Origin: Lama guanicoe
Lineage: Eukaryota
DNA length: 64,000 nt
NCBI GenBank assembly: GCA_013239625.1
Contig: MU053418.1
Coordinates: 310,001 to 374,000, forward strand
Direction: 5' to 3'
Each line of letters opens with the position of its first letter. Position 1 is the first letter of the stretch. Position numbers and translations under genes: made by a program. The notes under the pieces were generated by a model. That model was not told where the DNA came from. It did no database searches and worked only from the letters and a program-made list of their open reading frames with translations. This document shows positions 1 to 11,791 of the stretch, piece after piece.

Positions 1-704
1 CCCCTGCTCTCAGGGAACTTATATTTTGGCAGGAGAGAGACACAGGAAGCTGACTGCCCTGTGAGGAAATGATTTAGCATGGCAAAAGTAGAAGCGAGCA
101 GACCAGTCAGGAAGACAGAAAGCACCATTGACTAGGTTTAAGGGGACAGAGCATACAGAGTGATGGTTCTGGGTGCACATTGAAGAGAGAGTTAACAAAA
201 TTAGCACCAGGACTCTAATCCACCTCCTCTAAACACTTTCTTCCTCTGATAATTTCTTAGAACAACACCTTTGTCTACTTGTTTTCCATGTCATATTTAC
301 TGCTTAATTCTCTGATTGAACATATCTTACTGTGAATTCCACTCTTTGTGAGTCATCCATTCTTACTGAACCTTTTTTTCTCTATTATGCATGTTTCTTT
401 CACCCCTTCTATCCATTTTGGAAGGTACATTTGTAAAAGGCCACACAAACATACGTCCATTCATAGCCAACTTTACTCTCCCCTAGTTCAACACATTAGT
501 TTTGTTTGATTGGTTGATTTATTGTTACCCTTTCCCCTCAGCTTCTCAGAAAAGTGGAGGAAATGGAAAATTTTATTTGGAACTTTTATCTCAAAAGACT
601 GGTACTAAAACCAAAGAATCAGATAAATAAAGAGCATTTGTGTATTAGCCCAATTTTATAAGTAGTTTAATTCGTAAGGTATGTTTCATTTTCCTTATTT
701 TTAG

Positions 705-2530
<1,826 letters not shown>

Positions 2531-2559
2531 AATGTTTTTTATTGTTTGTTTTTCTTTCT

Positions 2560-2720
2560 TTCTTTTTTAATCAATATGTGTTTCCTTTTCCTCCTGGGCA
2601 CAGAGCTAGTCTATATTTCTCTGCTTCTCACATCCAGGCTGGACAGTGTGAAGGAGATCTGGCCAATGGGATGTGAGCAAAATGATGTCATTCACTTCTG
2701 GGTCTGAGATGTAATGGGAT
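2560..2720 (+). mobile_element. MLT1-type (ERVL-MaLR) LTR fragment
   Basis: ctggccaatgggatgtgagcaaaatgatgtcattcacttctggg resembles the 5' part of old MLT1 LTRs. Confidence 0.55.
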
Positions 2721-3476
2721 CCAGGGCAACCCTTTGTGATCTCTGTTGTTCTCTAAGCAGTAGGAACGTAGATGCCTTCCACTGAGAGGTCAGCACTCAC
2801 TGTACTCCCACAAGAGTGGAGACTCCTGTCAAAATCTTGAATGGTCAGAAGCCCCATCTGTACATCAAACTCCCTGTAACTGGAGAAATCAGAGTCAAGA
2901 ACTCTACTGGCTACAACAAAGGTAGAAAGGCCTTACCTAAAGGTGATAGATACCTCATCAAACCTCAGGTAAATAAGAGCAGAGTAAAACTTTATAAATG
3001 TTTGGCTTTCTGAAAGTTTTAAGCAAAACCTACTTACTATATTTCAGAGAATTCTTACTGAGGGACACTGAAGTAAGAAAATACAGAGAATTTTTTTTAA
3101 GAAAAAAATGTGTGCTTGGGTAACAAAAATTTTATTAAATAAAACATTTCCTATGGATGTAGCCACTGTAGTACATGTGTTTTTGTAAAACATCACAAAC
3201 ATTTTGAATGAATCAGGTATACAGCATTATGTATGTGTGAAAAGTCCGTGAGCTGTGGGGGACTTTTATATATGAATATATTACATAATGTTTTCTGTGT
3301 TTAAAGTTTTCATTGGAACCCAATAGAGTCAAACTAAAAAAACAAGATCCTTACTTTAATGACCAGTATGACATGTATTATCATTTCTTAGTGTAAACAT
3401 CACTGCAGTCTTTTTATTTTAACACAATATATATTTTATGTGAAATAATATTTGACACATTTAAAGAATCACACTA

Positions 3477-3689
3477 CAGTTGACCCTGGAAGAAGGTAGA
3501 GGCTGGAGTGCTGAACCTACGTGCTGTTGAAAATCTGAGTGTAACTTAGCGCCAGCCTCCATATCTGGTTCCACATTCGTGGATTCAAACAACCATGGAT
3601 CATATAGTTCTGTAGTATTTACTATTGAAAACAATCCACCTATTAGTGGACCCACACAATTTAAACCTGTGTTATTCAAGGGCCAACTG
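3477..3689 (-). mobile_element. Tigger2-family MITE (Tigger2a/MER8-like, TcMar)
   Basis: TA|cagttgaccct at the left end and agggccaactg at the right end form TIRs. The reverse complement starts cagttggcccttgaataacacaggtttaaattgtgtgggtccact, the Tigger2-type terminus. Confidence 0.8.
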
Positions 3690-4063
3690 GACACACGTTT
3701 TTCTCTACTATTCCCTGGTATATATTAATGGGTGTGGCCATTGTTACTGAACTGCCTGTTCAATAAAGAAGGCAACAGTATTTTTGCCAGTGACGTGTTT
3801 TCTCTAATAATTATTTACATACAAAATAGAGGCTTACGTTCACAATTTTTACCTTTGGCATGAGCCTGAATTTGAGAAAACAGCTGTGAACAGTAATGCT
3901 CAGTAAGAAAACAAGCCCATCTTTCAATATCCTGAAATGTTTAAATGAGGAGCCTAAGAAGGTTTGAGTATGCCAGCCCAATTTAGATGTAACCCGGGAA
4001 TTATTTCTATAGTAACATGCTATGTATCTTTGTCTTTACTTCTAGTATAAGTAACCATGGTAC

Positions 4064-4662
4064 TGAAGTGGGAGGAAAGGGGGCAGGGCACAACCATTGA
4101 AGGAATGACACAGCCATTGGGCACAGGACAAACCAGTTAGAACCAAGATGGCAGAAGATTCGACTTCCAGTAGACCTGGAACCTCATGGTGCACCCCCAG
4201 GCACCATGACAGTTCCCAGGCTGACCATAGAAGGTCAAAAAGTGTGGGGGGCGCATTTCTTGGAAATCCTTGCCCCTTCCTCAAAGTAATTGGAATAATC
4301 CTCCTACTCATTAGCATGTGAAATTGCTGAGTCCGTAAAACCTAACAACTCCCACACCTCGTGTTTGCTCTCGCTCTGTTGCTCTCACCTTCTGAGACAG
4401 CCCGCACTCTGTCTATGGAGTGTGTATCTACTTTTACTTTAAACACCCCACACCTCTCAGCTTCTCTCCCTCTCACCTTTCTGAGATGGCCCACATTCTG
4501 CCTATGGAGTGTGTATCTCCTAAGCCGTTTTCCCTTCTGAGTGAGACAGGCTGCACTCTGTGTATGGAGTGTGTATTTCTCTAAATACACCTACTTTCAC
4601 TTAACCATGCCTTGCTCTTGAATTCTTTACTGCACGAGGCAAGAACCTATTCTCACCCAACA
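4064..4662 (+). mobile_element. Solo ERV (ERV1-like, cetartiodactyl type) LTR
   Basis: TG...CA ends (tgaagtgggaggaaag...cccaaca), internal ccaagatggcagaagattcgacttcc motif, three internal ~45-bp repeats, flanks catggtac (4056-4063) and catggtgc (4664-4671). Confidence 0.75.
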
Positions 4663-4670
4663 GCATGGTG

Positions 4671-4849
4671 CAGAAGTTGGCAGACATTTTCTGTAACAGG
4701 CCATATAGTAAACATTTTAACCCTGTTGGCCTCATGTGCTTTCTGTCACATATTTTTACGACCTGTAAAAAACATTCTTAGCTTGTGGAACATTGGAAAA
4801 CAGGCTACTGGCCAGATCTGGCCTTTGGGCCATAGTTCACTGACTCCTG
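4671..4849. mobile_element. MER58 (MER58B-like, hAT-Charlie) MITE
   Basis: cagaagttggcagacattttctgtaacaggcc start and gggccatagttcactgactcctg end match MER58 TIRs. Confidence 0.75.
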
Positions 4850-5081
4850 ATAGAGCAGTTCAGAGCATGGGCTCTGGAACCAAACTTCCTGGACTCAAAT
4901 CCTAGTTCTACTACATACCAGCTGTGTGACCCGGGGCAAATCCCTTACATCTGTTCTTCAGTTGCCTTATCTTCAAAATGATGATAATGATATTACCTAC
5001 TGCATGGGGGTCTAGTGGAGATTAGGTAAATTAGTCAATGTAAAGTACTTAGACCATTGTATAGTGTCGCAACTATTAGCT
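4850..5081 (+). mobile_element. MIR SINE
   Basis: agagcatgggctctggaacc...caaatcctagttctact...agctgtgtgacc...cagttgccttatct...gtaaagtacttag follows the MIR consensus order. Confidence 0.8.
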
Positions 5082-5297
5082 TTTCTAAGACTAGCATAAT
5101 TTCTTGCAACAGATTTGTAGGAGCTTTTACAGATTTTTGATTTGTTATTCAACAGCTGTCTCTCACTTACTCCATGCCAGCAGAATGTTGTTTTTGTTTC
5201 ATTCTCTGTCTTTCCTATGTATGATGTAAGAGATAACAATCTAACCTATTTTTTTCAGCTTTTTTGAGGTATAATTGACAAATAAAATTGTAAGATA

Positions 5298-5616
5298 TAG
5301 TCAGCCCTTCACATTTGAGAGTTTCATATTCACGCATTCAACCAGCCACGAATCAGAAATAATCTAAAAATAAGTTCTAGAAAGTTCCAAAAAGCAAAAC
5401 TTGAATTTGCTGCATGCCAGCACTATTTATATACTATTTACATTGCATTTACAACTACTTATATAGTATTTGCATTATATTAGGTATTATAATTAACCTA
5501 GAATTGGTTTAAGTATACAGGAGGATGTGTGTAAGTTATATGCAGTTACTATGCCATTTATATAAGAAACTTGAGCATCCCACAAATTTCAGTATCTGAG
5601 GTGGGTCCTAGAACCC
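5298..5616 (+). mobile_element. MER2 (Tigger family) element, right end truncated
   Basis: ttccaaaaagcaaaacttgaatttgc...taggtattataa...gtatacaggaggatgtgtgt...cttgagcatcc...gggtcctagaacc matches MER2; the terminal ~25 bp are missing. Confidence 0.8.
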
Positions 5617-6448
5617 TTTGAGGACATTTGGTCCTGTCCAAAACATCCATTGAGACATTTGATCTACAAGAGGTCTTTGCTATTTGGTCCTATATGAGAC
5701 ATCTGTCCGCACCAAAAAGATCCTTGAAATTTGGTCCCATCCAAAATGTCCATTGGGATATTGGGACATTTGGTCCATGATTCATTAAACAATACAAACA
5801 TTTAACTTCATTAAAATTTTATGTTATTTTTGTTGTATTTCATGATGGATTTTGGATTTCACATTAACTCTTCTTCCTCGTCGTGATGTTTTTAGCAGGG
5901 TTACTCTTAAGTCAGTGGCCAATTGCTCTTGAGTATGTTTTAACCTGATTATTGGTTTCATATTCCTTATACCTGGGAATAATTTCGGTTATATGAAATT
6001 GATTTTGTCAGCATCGTTGTGAAGTTGGCAGCCATCTTTGAGGGTGGCCACCAGGAACCTGGGTGATAACGTGTTCATTGCTTTGCAGCTCAGCCTTTAG
6101 CACTCCAGTAAACTTCCAAGTTGAAGGATGATGCACTATCAGCAGCTTTTGAAATCTGCTGTGCCAGCCTTTTACTGTATTGTTTGTCCTGTGAACTCCA
6201 TTTAGTACTGATGTATAAACCTTCCAGGTTTCTGGTGGAAATCTTACAGTTTCTGGTCTTCTGCCTCTGCCATGCCTTCCAGGAACATATACTCCTTCAA
6301 CATAATCCATTAGGTTATCTACATTATCTCCTGCATTCTCCACTGTACATTCAAAAGTTTTGTTTACACCATCCAAAGGCATAAATGGAAGTCCAAACAA
6401 TATGGATGCACACTTACAAGTATTACTTTCCATTGTCACATATACCAT
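5617..6448 (-). mobile_element. Mutator-like (MULE/MuDR) DNA transposon fossil: 3' part of transposase plus subterminal repeats
   Basis: ORF 6448-6008 encodes LPFMP, FPPETW and RTNNTVKGWH...HHPSTWKF, motifs of MULE transposase C-termini. The frame continues past TGA to YSRAIGH*LK. Six copies of a (g)gacatttggtcc-like motif at 5622-5776. Confidence 0.8.
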
Positions 6449-7324
6449 TGTGACAATGTACCATCCATTTAAGAGTCAAGACAGCAAATGCTAACATCCT
6501 ATGTACTATGTACTATGATCAGTTTATGATTTCTGTTTCACTAAATTCTGTGTTTCTGCTTATGCCAAAGATAATGTTTTAATTAGTATGGCTTTGTAAT
6601 GCTTTTTAATGTAGGGCAAGTTCTTTATATTGCTTGAAGTTTTTTTTTTTGACCCCTATACTTTTTGTTGTCAAAGGATCCAGCATTTAGTCTTGTCAAT
6701 TAAAAAAAATTAGTCATTCTAATATGTGTGTAGCCTTATCTCATTGTTGTGGTAGACTTGCTTTTGAAAATAGTTTGGCAGGATAATATGAGCCCCTGTG
6801 ATCTGGCAATTTCATATGTGCACCAAGAGATATTGTAAGAGCAAAATCAAAAACTAGTAGCAACTGGGACCTTAGTAGACAGAAGAATGAATACATTTAC
6901 AATGTTATATTCATATAATAGAATATTAGAATATTGTGTAGCAGTCTAAAATATTTAACTTACTGTATTACTTAGGGAAGTGTAAATAGCAATAAAACTA
7001 TAATGAATATCTGGGTAACGATAAATAAAATTATTAATAGCAGTTACTTTTTTCAGGATCTTATTAAGGAGGGGCACACAGGGAACTTTAAAGTTGTGGG
7101 TTACACTATTTTCCTTTGGTTGGGTAATGTACATACCTGTGTCTGTTTTATTATTTTTATCTTATATATGTATTATTTACATTGCATTCATTTTATAGTA
7201 GAGGCCAGTAGCATTGCCTTATTTCATAATGCAAAGAAATAAGTACTTGATAGACAAAAAAGTTAATTCTCCCTACCCTAAATGCTTCCAGGCTTTACTC
7301 ACATGTCTTTGTCATTGAATGTCA

Positions 7325-7566
7325 GTGTGCCATTGAAGGCCTTAAGAGAGGGAATTCTGCCTCCAGAGACTCAAGCTGAAGCATCCCTTAAGTCTCAGCC
7401 CCGTGGCCTACCCTGCAGATTTCAGACATGTCAGCCCCCACAGTCACGTGAGCCAGCCCCTTAAAATAAAACTGTCTCTGTCTACATACACACATACACA
7501 CACACGTACACACCCACACACGCACACTCACACTCAATTGGTTCTGTTTCTCTGGAGAACTCTAAC
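7325..7566 (+). mobile_element. MLT2 (ERVL) LTR 3' fragment containing an imperfect (CA)n microsatellite (7483-7535)
   Basis: ggcctaccctgcagatttcagac...cacgtgagcc...aataaa...ttggttctgtttctctggagaac is the MLT2 3' end. Confidence 0.8.
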
Positions 7567-7707
7567 ATGTCATTTATATCTGTTTTTGAGATAACATTAA
7601 AAACATCTGAAAGTGCTTGTCAGATTGTAGGTACTTAATAAGCATGCACGTTTTTTCTCTGACTTCTGCTTTCTATCAGTGTTTAACAGTTTCATGTCTT
7701 CTTTTCC

Positions 7708-8412
7708 TGTATTGGTTATTTATTGCTGTGTAACAAATTACCCCAAAACTTAGTGGCTTACAACAACACTTTTTTTTTAATTTTAAAATTTATTTTTTGG
7801 CAGGGGAAGGAGGTAATTAGGTATTTTTTTTTTAACAGAGGTACTGGGGATTGAATCCAGGACCTCATGCATGCTAAGCACGCACTCTACCACTATGCTA
7901 TACCCTCCCCCCGACAATAACACTTTTATTTCACAGTTTCTGTGGGTCAGGATCTGGGCACAGCTTACCTGGGTGTGCCTCTGGCCCAGTCTCTCACAGA
8001 TAGCAGTCTCAGCTGTGACCATCGCAAAGCTCACCTGGGAAAAGCTCAGTTTCCAGGATCACTCACCGTGGTTGATGGCAGGATTCAGGTCTGTGCAGGC
8101 TCTTAGCCTGAGGGCCCAGTCCCTTGCTGAGAGGAACCCTCAGAGGCTGTCCTCAGTTCCTTGCCATCAGGGCCAACCCACATGCAGCTTGTTTCATGAA
8201 AGTGTGCAAGCTGAGACCCAGTGGAGAGTATACTCACCAGAAAGAAGTCACAGCCATTTATAATTTAACCACAGAAGTGACATCCCATCACTTTTGCTAG
8301 ATTCGATTCATTAGAAGCAAGTCACTAAGTCTGGCTCACTCTCAAGGGTGAAATCAAAGGTGTGATTACCAGTGGGTGGGGATCACTGGGACCATGTCAG
8401 AAAAGGCCTACC
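7708..8412 (-). mobile_element. MLT1-type LTR interrupted by a SINE
   Basis: tgtattggttatttattgctgtgtaacaaattaccccaaaacttagtggctta, then tcacagtttctgtgggtcagga after the SINE, and cagaagtgacatcccatcacttttgc. Confidence 0.8.
7774..7913 (-). mobile_element. tRNA-derived SINE, camelid Vic-1 type
   Basis: Reverse complement reads ggggagggtatagcatagtggtagagtgcgtgcttagcatgcatgaggtcctggattcaatccccagtacctc (A and B boxes) with an A-rich tail. TSD acaacaacactttt (7760-7773) / acaataacactttt (7914-7927). Confidence 0.9.
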
Positions 8413-8429
8413 CCATTTTCATTTTCAAA

Positions 8430-10000
8430 TCCATTCATTATTCAACAAATAGGTATTGTATATGCCAGGCACTATTCTAGCCACTTGCGATGGATCAGTG
8501 AATGAAACAGACAAAATTCCCTGCCTTTAGCAAAGAGGGATAGTTAATTACACATTTGTATGTTTCAAGGTGATAAATGCTATAAAAAGTAGGCCAGGAT
8601 AAGAGCACTGGGAGAGCTAGGAGTGAGGGTAGGGGGTCAGGAAAGGCTTCATGGAGAGGGGACAGTTAAGCAAAAGCTTAAAAAAGGTGAAGGAGTTGGC
8701 TACACGACTATCTGGAGGAAGGAGAATGGATACAATGACTCAAAGGCAGAAACATGCCTGCATCTTCAAGGAAGAGCAAGGAGGCCAGTGGCAATGAAGT
8801 CCAGTGAGCAGAAACAGTGTGTAACAGGAGATGAGGTTTGAGGAAGGACCAAAGCCTGCAAAGCTGGGAGGTTATTGTAAGGATTTTGACTTTTTCCTGA
8901 AATGAAATGGATGCCTGTGAGAGGTTTTGAGCAGAAGAATGACATGATCTTATATGGTTTTGTTTTATAAACTTAAAAAATAAATAGAATATACATTCAG
9001 AAAGTACACATATCACAAGCATACAGCACAATAAATATTTACAAAGTAAACACACCTATCAGTTAGCACCAGCTGCGGAGACAGATCAGTAGCATTTCAG
9101 AAGCTGTCCCCATGGCCCCTAGAGTCATATGTCCCCTTCTCTACAAAATTAACAATTATCTTGACTTTATTGCCATGTGTTAATTTTGCCTAGTTTCAAA
9201 CTCTATATAAATGGAATCATACAACATGTTCTTCTCTCTGTCTGGCTTCTTTTGCTAAAAATCATCTATGTTGTTGCTCATGGTAGCTTATTGTCATTGT
9301 TACATATTCCATCATATGAATACACTACAGTTTATTCATGCTTTTATTGATGGACTTTTGGGGTTTTCCCAGTTTGGACAATACTCTGAACATTCTTGTA
9401 CGTCTTCCAGCATATATTTCTGTCACTGGCTTATAGAGTAGGTGCATGGTTAGTAATAATAGATATGCCAAACCATTTTCCTAAGTGCTTATCAAAATTT
9501 AAATTCCCAACAGTGCCTTATGTTTTAACAGGATCACTCTGGCTGCTGCATGGTGAAGTGACTGTGCAAGGGTAAGGGTAATGCTAAGGGAAGCAGGAAG
9601 ACTGATTAAGAGGTCATGCAGTCATCCATGTGGATAAGATGGGGCTCAGTGGTAATACTGACTGGTACTATTGGAGATGGTGATAAGTGGTTAGCTTCTG
9701 GTTATATTTTAAAGGTAGAATCAATAGGAGTTTCCTGATAAGTTGAGTATGGAACATAGAAAAAGAGAGGAGACAAGGATGTGTCCAAGGTCTTGGGCCT
9801 TATTAACCTTATGGACATAACTGCCATCAATGCAGATAAAAGCAGGGCAGCTGGTTTGAGAGAGATCATTAGTTCCATTAGGGCATGTTATGTTTGAGAT
9901 GTCTGTTAGACGTCTGAATGGCTATTCAGGGAGGTGGCTGGAGTTCAGGAGAGAGGTCTGAGTGACTGATATAAAATTGGAAGTTGTTGGCAGATGATAT
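8430..10000 (-). mobile_element. L2 LINE, 3' part (interrupted by an L1 fragment)
   Basis: cattcattattcaacaaata...tatgccaggcactattctag L2 3' end; ttttgagcagaagaatgacatgatct resumes as ttttaacaggatcactctggctgctg. Confidence 0.8.
8965..9515 (-). mobile_element. Old L1 (L1M-type) 3' fragment nested in L2
   Basis: acattcagaaagtacacatatcacaag...tatataaatggaatcatacaa...tctggcttctttt...gatggac L1 3' UTR motifs. Confidence 0.7.
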
Positions 10001-10079
10001 TGTACTGATCAGCACCCAAAGAAGAAAGAGAAACCACACAGTAACTTGAACAGGAAAAAATTGTATTAAGAATCATTAA

Positions 10080-11058
10080 GGGATTTTTTTCTTTTACAAC
10101 AATTCAACAGAATTAGAGGCTAGAACCTCTGTAGAATTATCTCTTTCCCCTCCTCCCCACCACTTTTCTTCCCTCTTTGGATTTTAACCTAGTGGATGTG
10201 GACATATAGCTGCTGAGAGCCATCTTGATACCAAGTGAAATCTAAATACAGAACTCATGATAAAGGACAGGATAACTGCAAATGGAGAGGGCTTCCACTG
10301 TGTGTGCCCTTGAATCAAGCTATTCTTGAAGTTTTTTATACTGTTGGGGCTATCAGTTCTGTTACTCAATAGATTCTCCTTTTGCCCAATCCAGTTTGGG
10401 TTCTGTTTTCTCATATTACAGAAAGAGTTGTAATACAAATGCTTAGTCTTCAGTGTATTTGCAATATTTTCTTGGGAGATCTTAGCTTCTGATTTCTCCT
10501 GTATTAGCCCTGGTGTCACACTGTCTGGTATAAGTCTGGACCCTGGCGCTGTTACATAATCACCAGCTACTAAAGCTCACTTTGCCTCATTTTCCTTAGT
10601 AATAAATTGGCAGTGAAAAATATACCTTATTGATAGTGGTTTTGTGAGGAATAAATAAGATGAAATGTAAAGTGCCTACTAAGTTGTCTTTCACGTGAGA
10701 AATAAATGTTAACCATTTTATTGCTTAATAATTAAATATTGTTATTTTTTCTGTTTCGAATGCTAAGAGATATCTGGTTTATTCTGCAGTGTGTTTTATT
10801 ACAAATCTGCATATTTTTGGCCTTTAATCTCCCAATTACTGAATTTTAAGGCTTGTAGTAGCAGGTTATTAAGTAAATCATGCATATCCCTATTGCTAAA
10901 GTGTGTGTAAACCTAATCTCTTCTTATAATTTATTTTATACAATATGTCACTGGTGACATATCACAGTCTATGAAATTCTCTTATTTAAGAAATTTAAAA
11001 CAAATGATAAAAGAAGAGTATAAAAGTACTGAGTTAATGGGCAAAAAAAAACAAACCC
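10080..11058 (+). other. Retrotransposed (TPRT) non-autonomous insertion containing MLT1 and MIR remnants plus unique AT-rich sequence
   Basis: Direct repeats aagaatcattaa (10068-10079) and aagaattactaa (11059-11070); A-rich tail 11043-11055; TATAAA at 11019-11024; tt|aaga at the left junction. Confidence 0.6.
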
Positions 11059-11135
11059 AAGAATTACTAACAACAAGGAATTGGAGCAATGAGGCATGGG
11101 CTTAGTACGAAGAGAACTCTAAAGAGTATAGAGGA

Positions 11136-11250
11136 GGGGGAGGGTATAGCTTAGTGATAAAGTGCATGCTTAGCATGCATGACGTCCTGGGTTCAAGCCC
11201 CAGTATCTCCATTTAATAAACGTGATTACCTACCCCCTCCCCAAATTTTT
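11136..11250 (+). mobile_element. tRNA-derived SINE, camelid Vic-1 type
   Basis: gggggagggtatagcttagtgataaagtgcatgcttagcatgcatgacgtcctgggttcaagccccagtatctcc followed by ...attacctaccccctcccc. Confidence 0.88.
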
Positions 11251-11791
11251 TGAGGGTATAAGAATAGCGGCTCTGAGGAGCAGCCACTACCCAATGGTGG
11301 TGATGGAGGGTCCAGGAAGGGATTCCCTGTCCCTGCACCTGCTCCACAACAGCTGAGATGCAGACTTCATTGGAAGGGGTGTGGCCATGGCCCACCAGTG
11401 TCAGGGGGAGTCCCTGTGGTTCAGCACCACTGAAAGTTGTTGGAAATCCCTCTCTTAGGTACTGGAGAAAGGGGAGGTGTCTCAGGAGAGTAACTCCATG
11501 ACAAAACTGCTGGGAGGTGGGAATGGGGCGGTGGGATGCTGCTGGTCACCACACACAAGAAGAGCAGGCCCTGCAGGAGTCACCCACCTGAAGAAGTGTG
11601 GCCAAAGCACAGCAGAATCAAGAAGGAAGACTGCTTCTTTCTGCAAAGTTTCTCCATCACACTCTATTGACAAAACCTAGGATCCCACTAGTGTCAAAGG
11701 AAAAATATTTAAAGGGCTAATTCCATTTTTTCAGAGTAGGCAATGAAGGGTGAATCTGTAGCAGAGTTACAATAAATTGATAACAGATACA

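Larger units (their letters stand above)
10001..11791. mobile_element. Old ERVL-type LTR split by a ~980-bp insertion (10080-11058) and a SINE
   Basis: Starts tgtactgatcag...agagaaaccacacagtaacttgaacagg, resumes at 11059 with aagaattactaac...gagaactctaaagag...gagcagccactacc, ends ...aaattgataacagataca. Confidence 0.65.

Noticed and set aside
4384..4578. Direct repeats with spacers (also 5622-5776) superficially like a CRISPR array
   Set aside because: Eukaryotic DNA; repeats are degenerate, irregularly spaced and internal to transposable elements
6008..6448. MULE ORF as a domesticated transposase gene
   Set aside because: N-terminal catalytic region is missing, the catalytic Glu is Lys, there are downstream in-frame stops, and no promoter or splice support is visible
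7835..7912. tRNA-like sequences (also 11136-11210 and 35058-35131)
   Set aside because: SINE heads with extra 3' body, A-tail and TSDs, not tRNA genes
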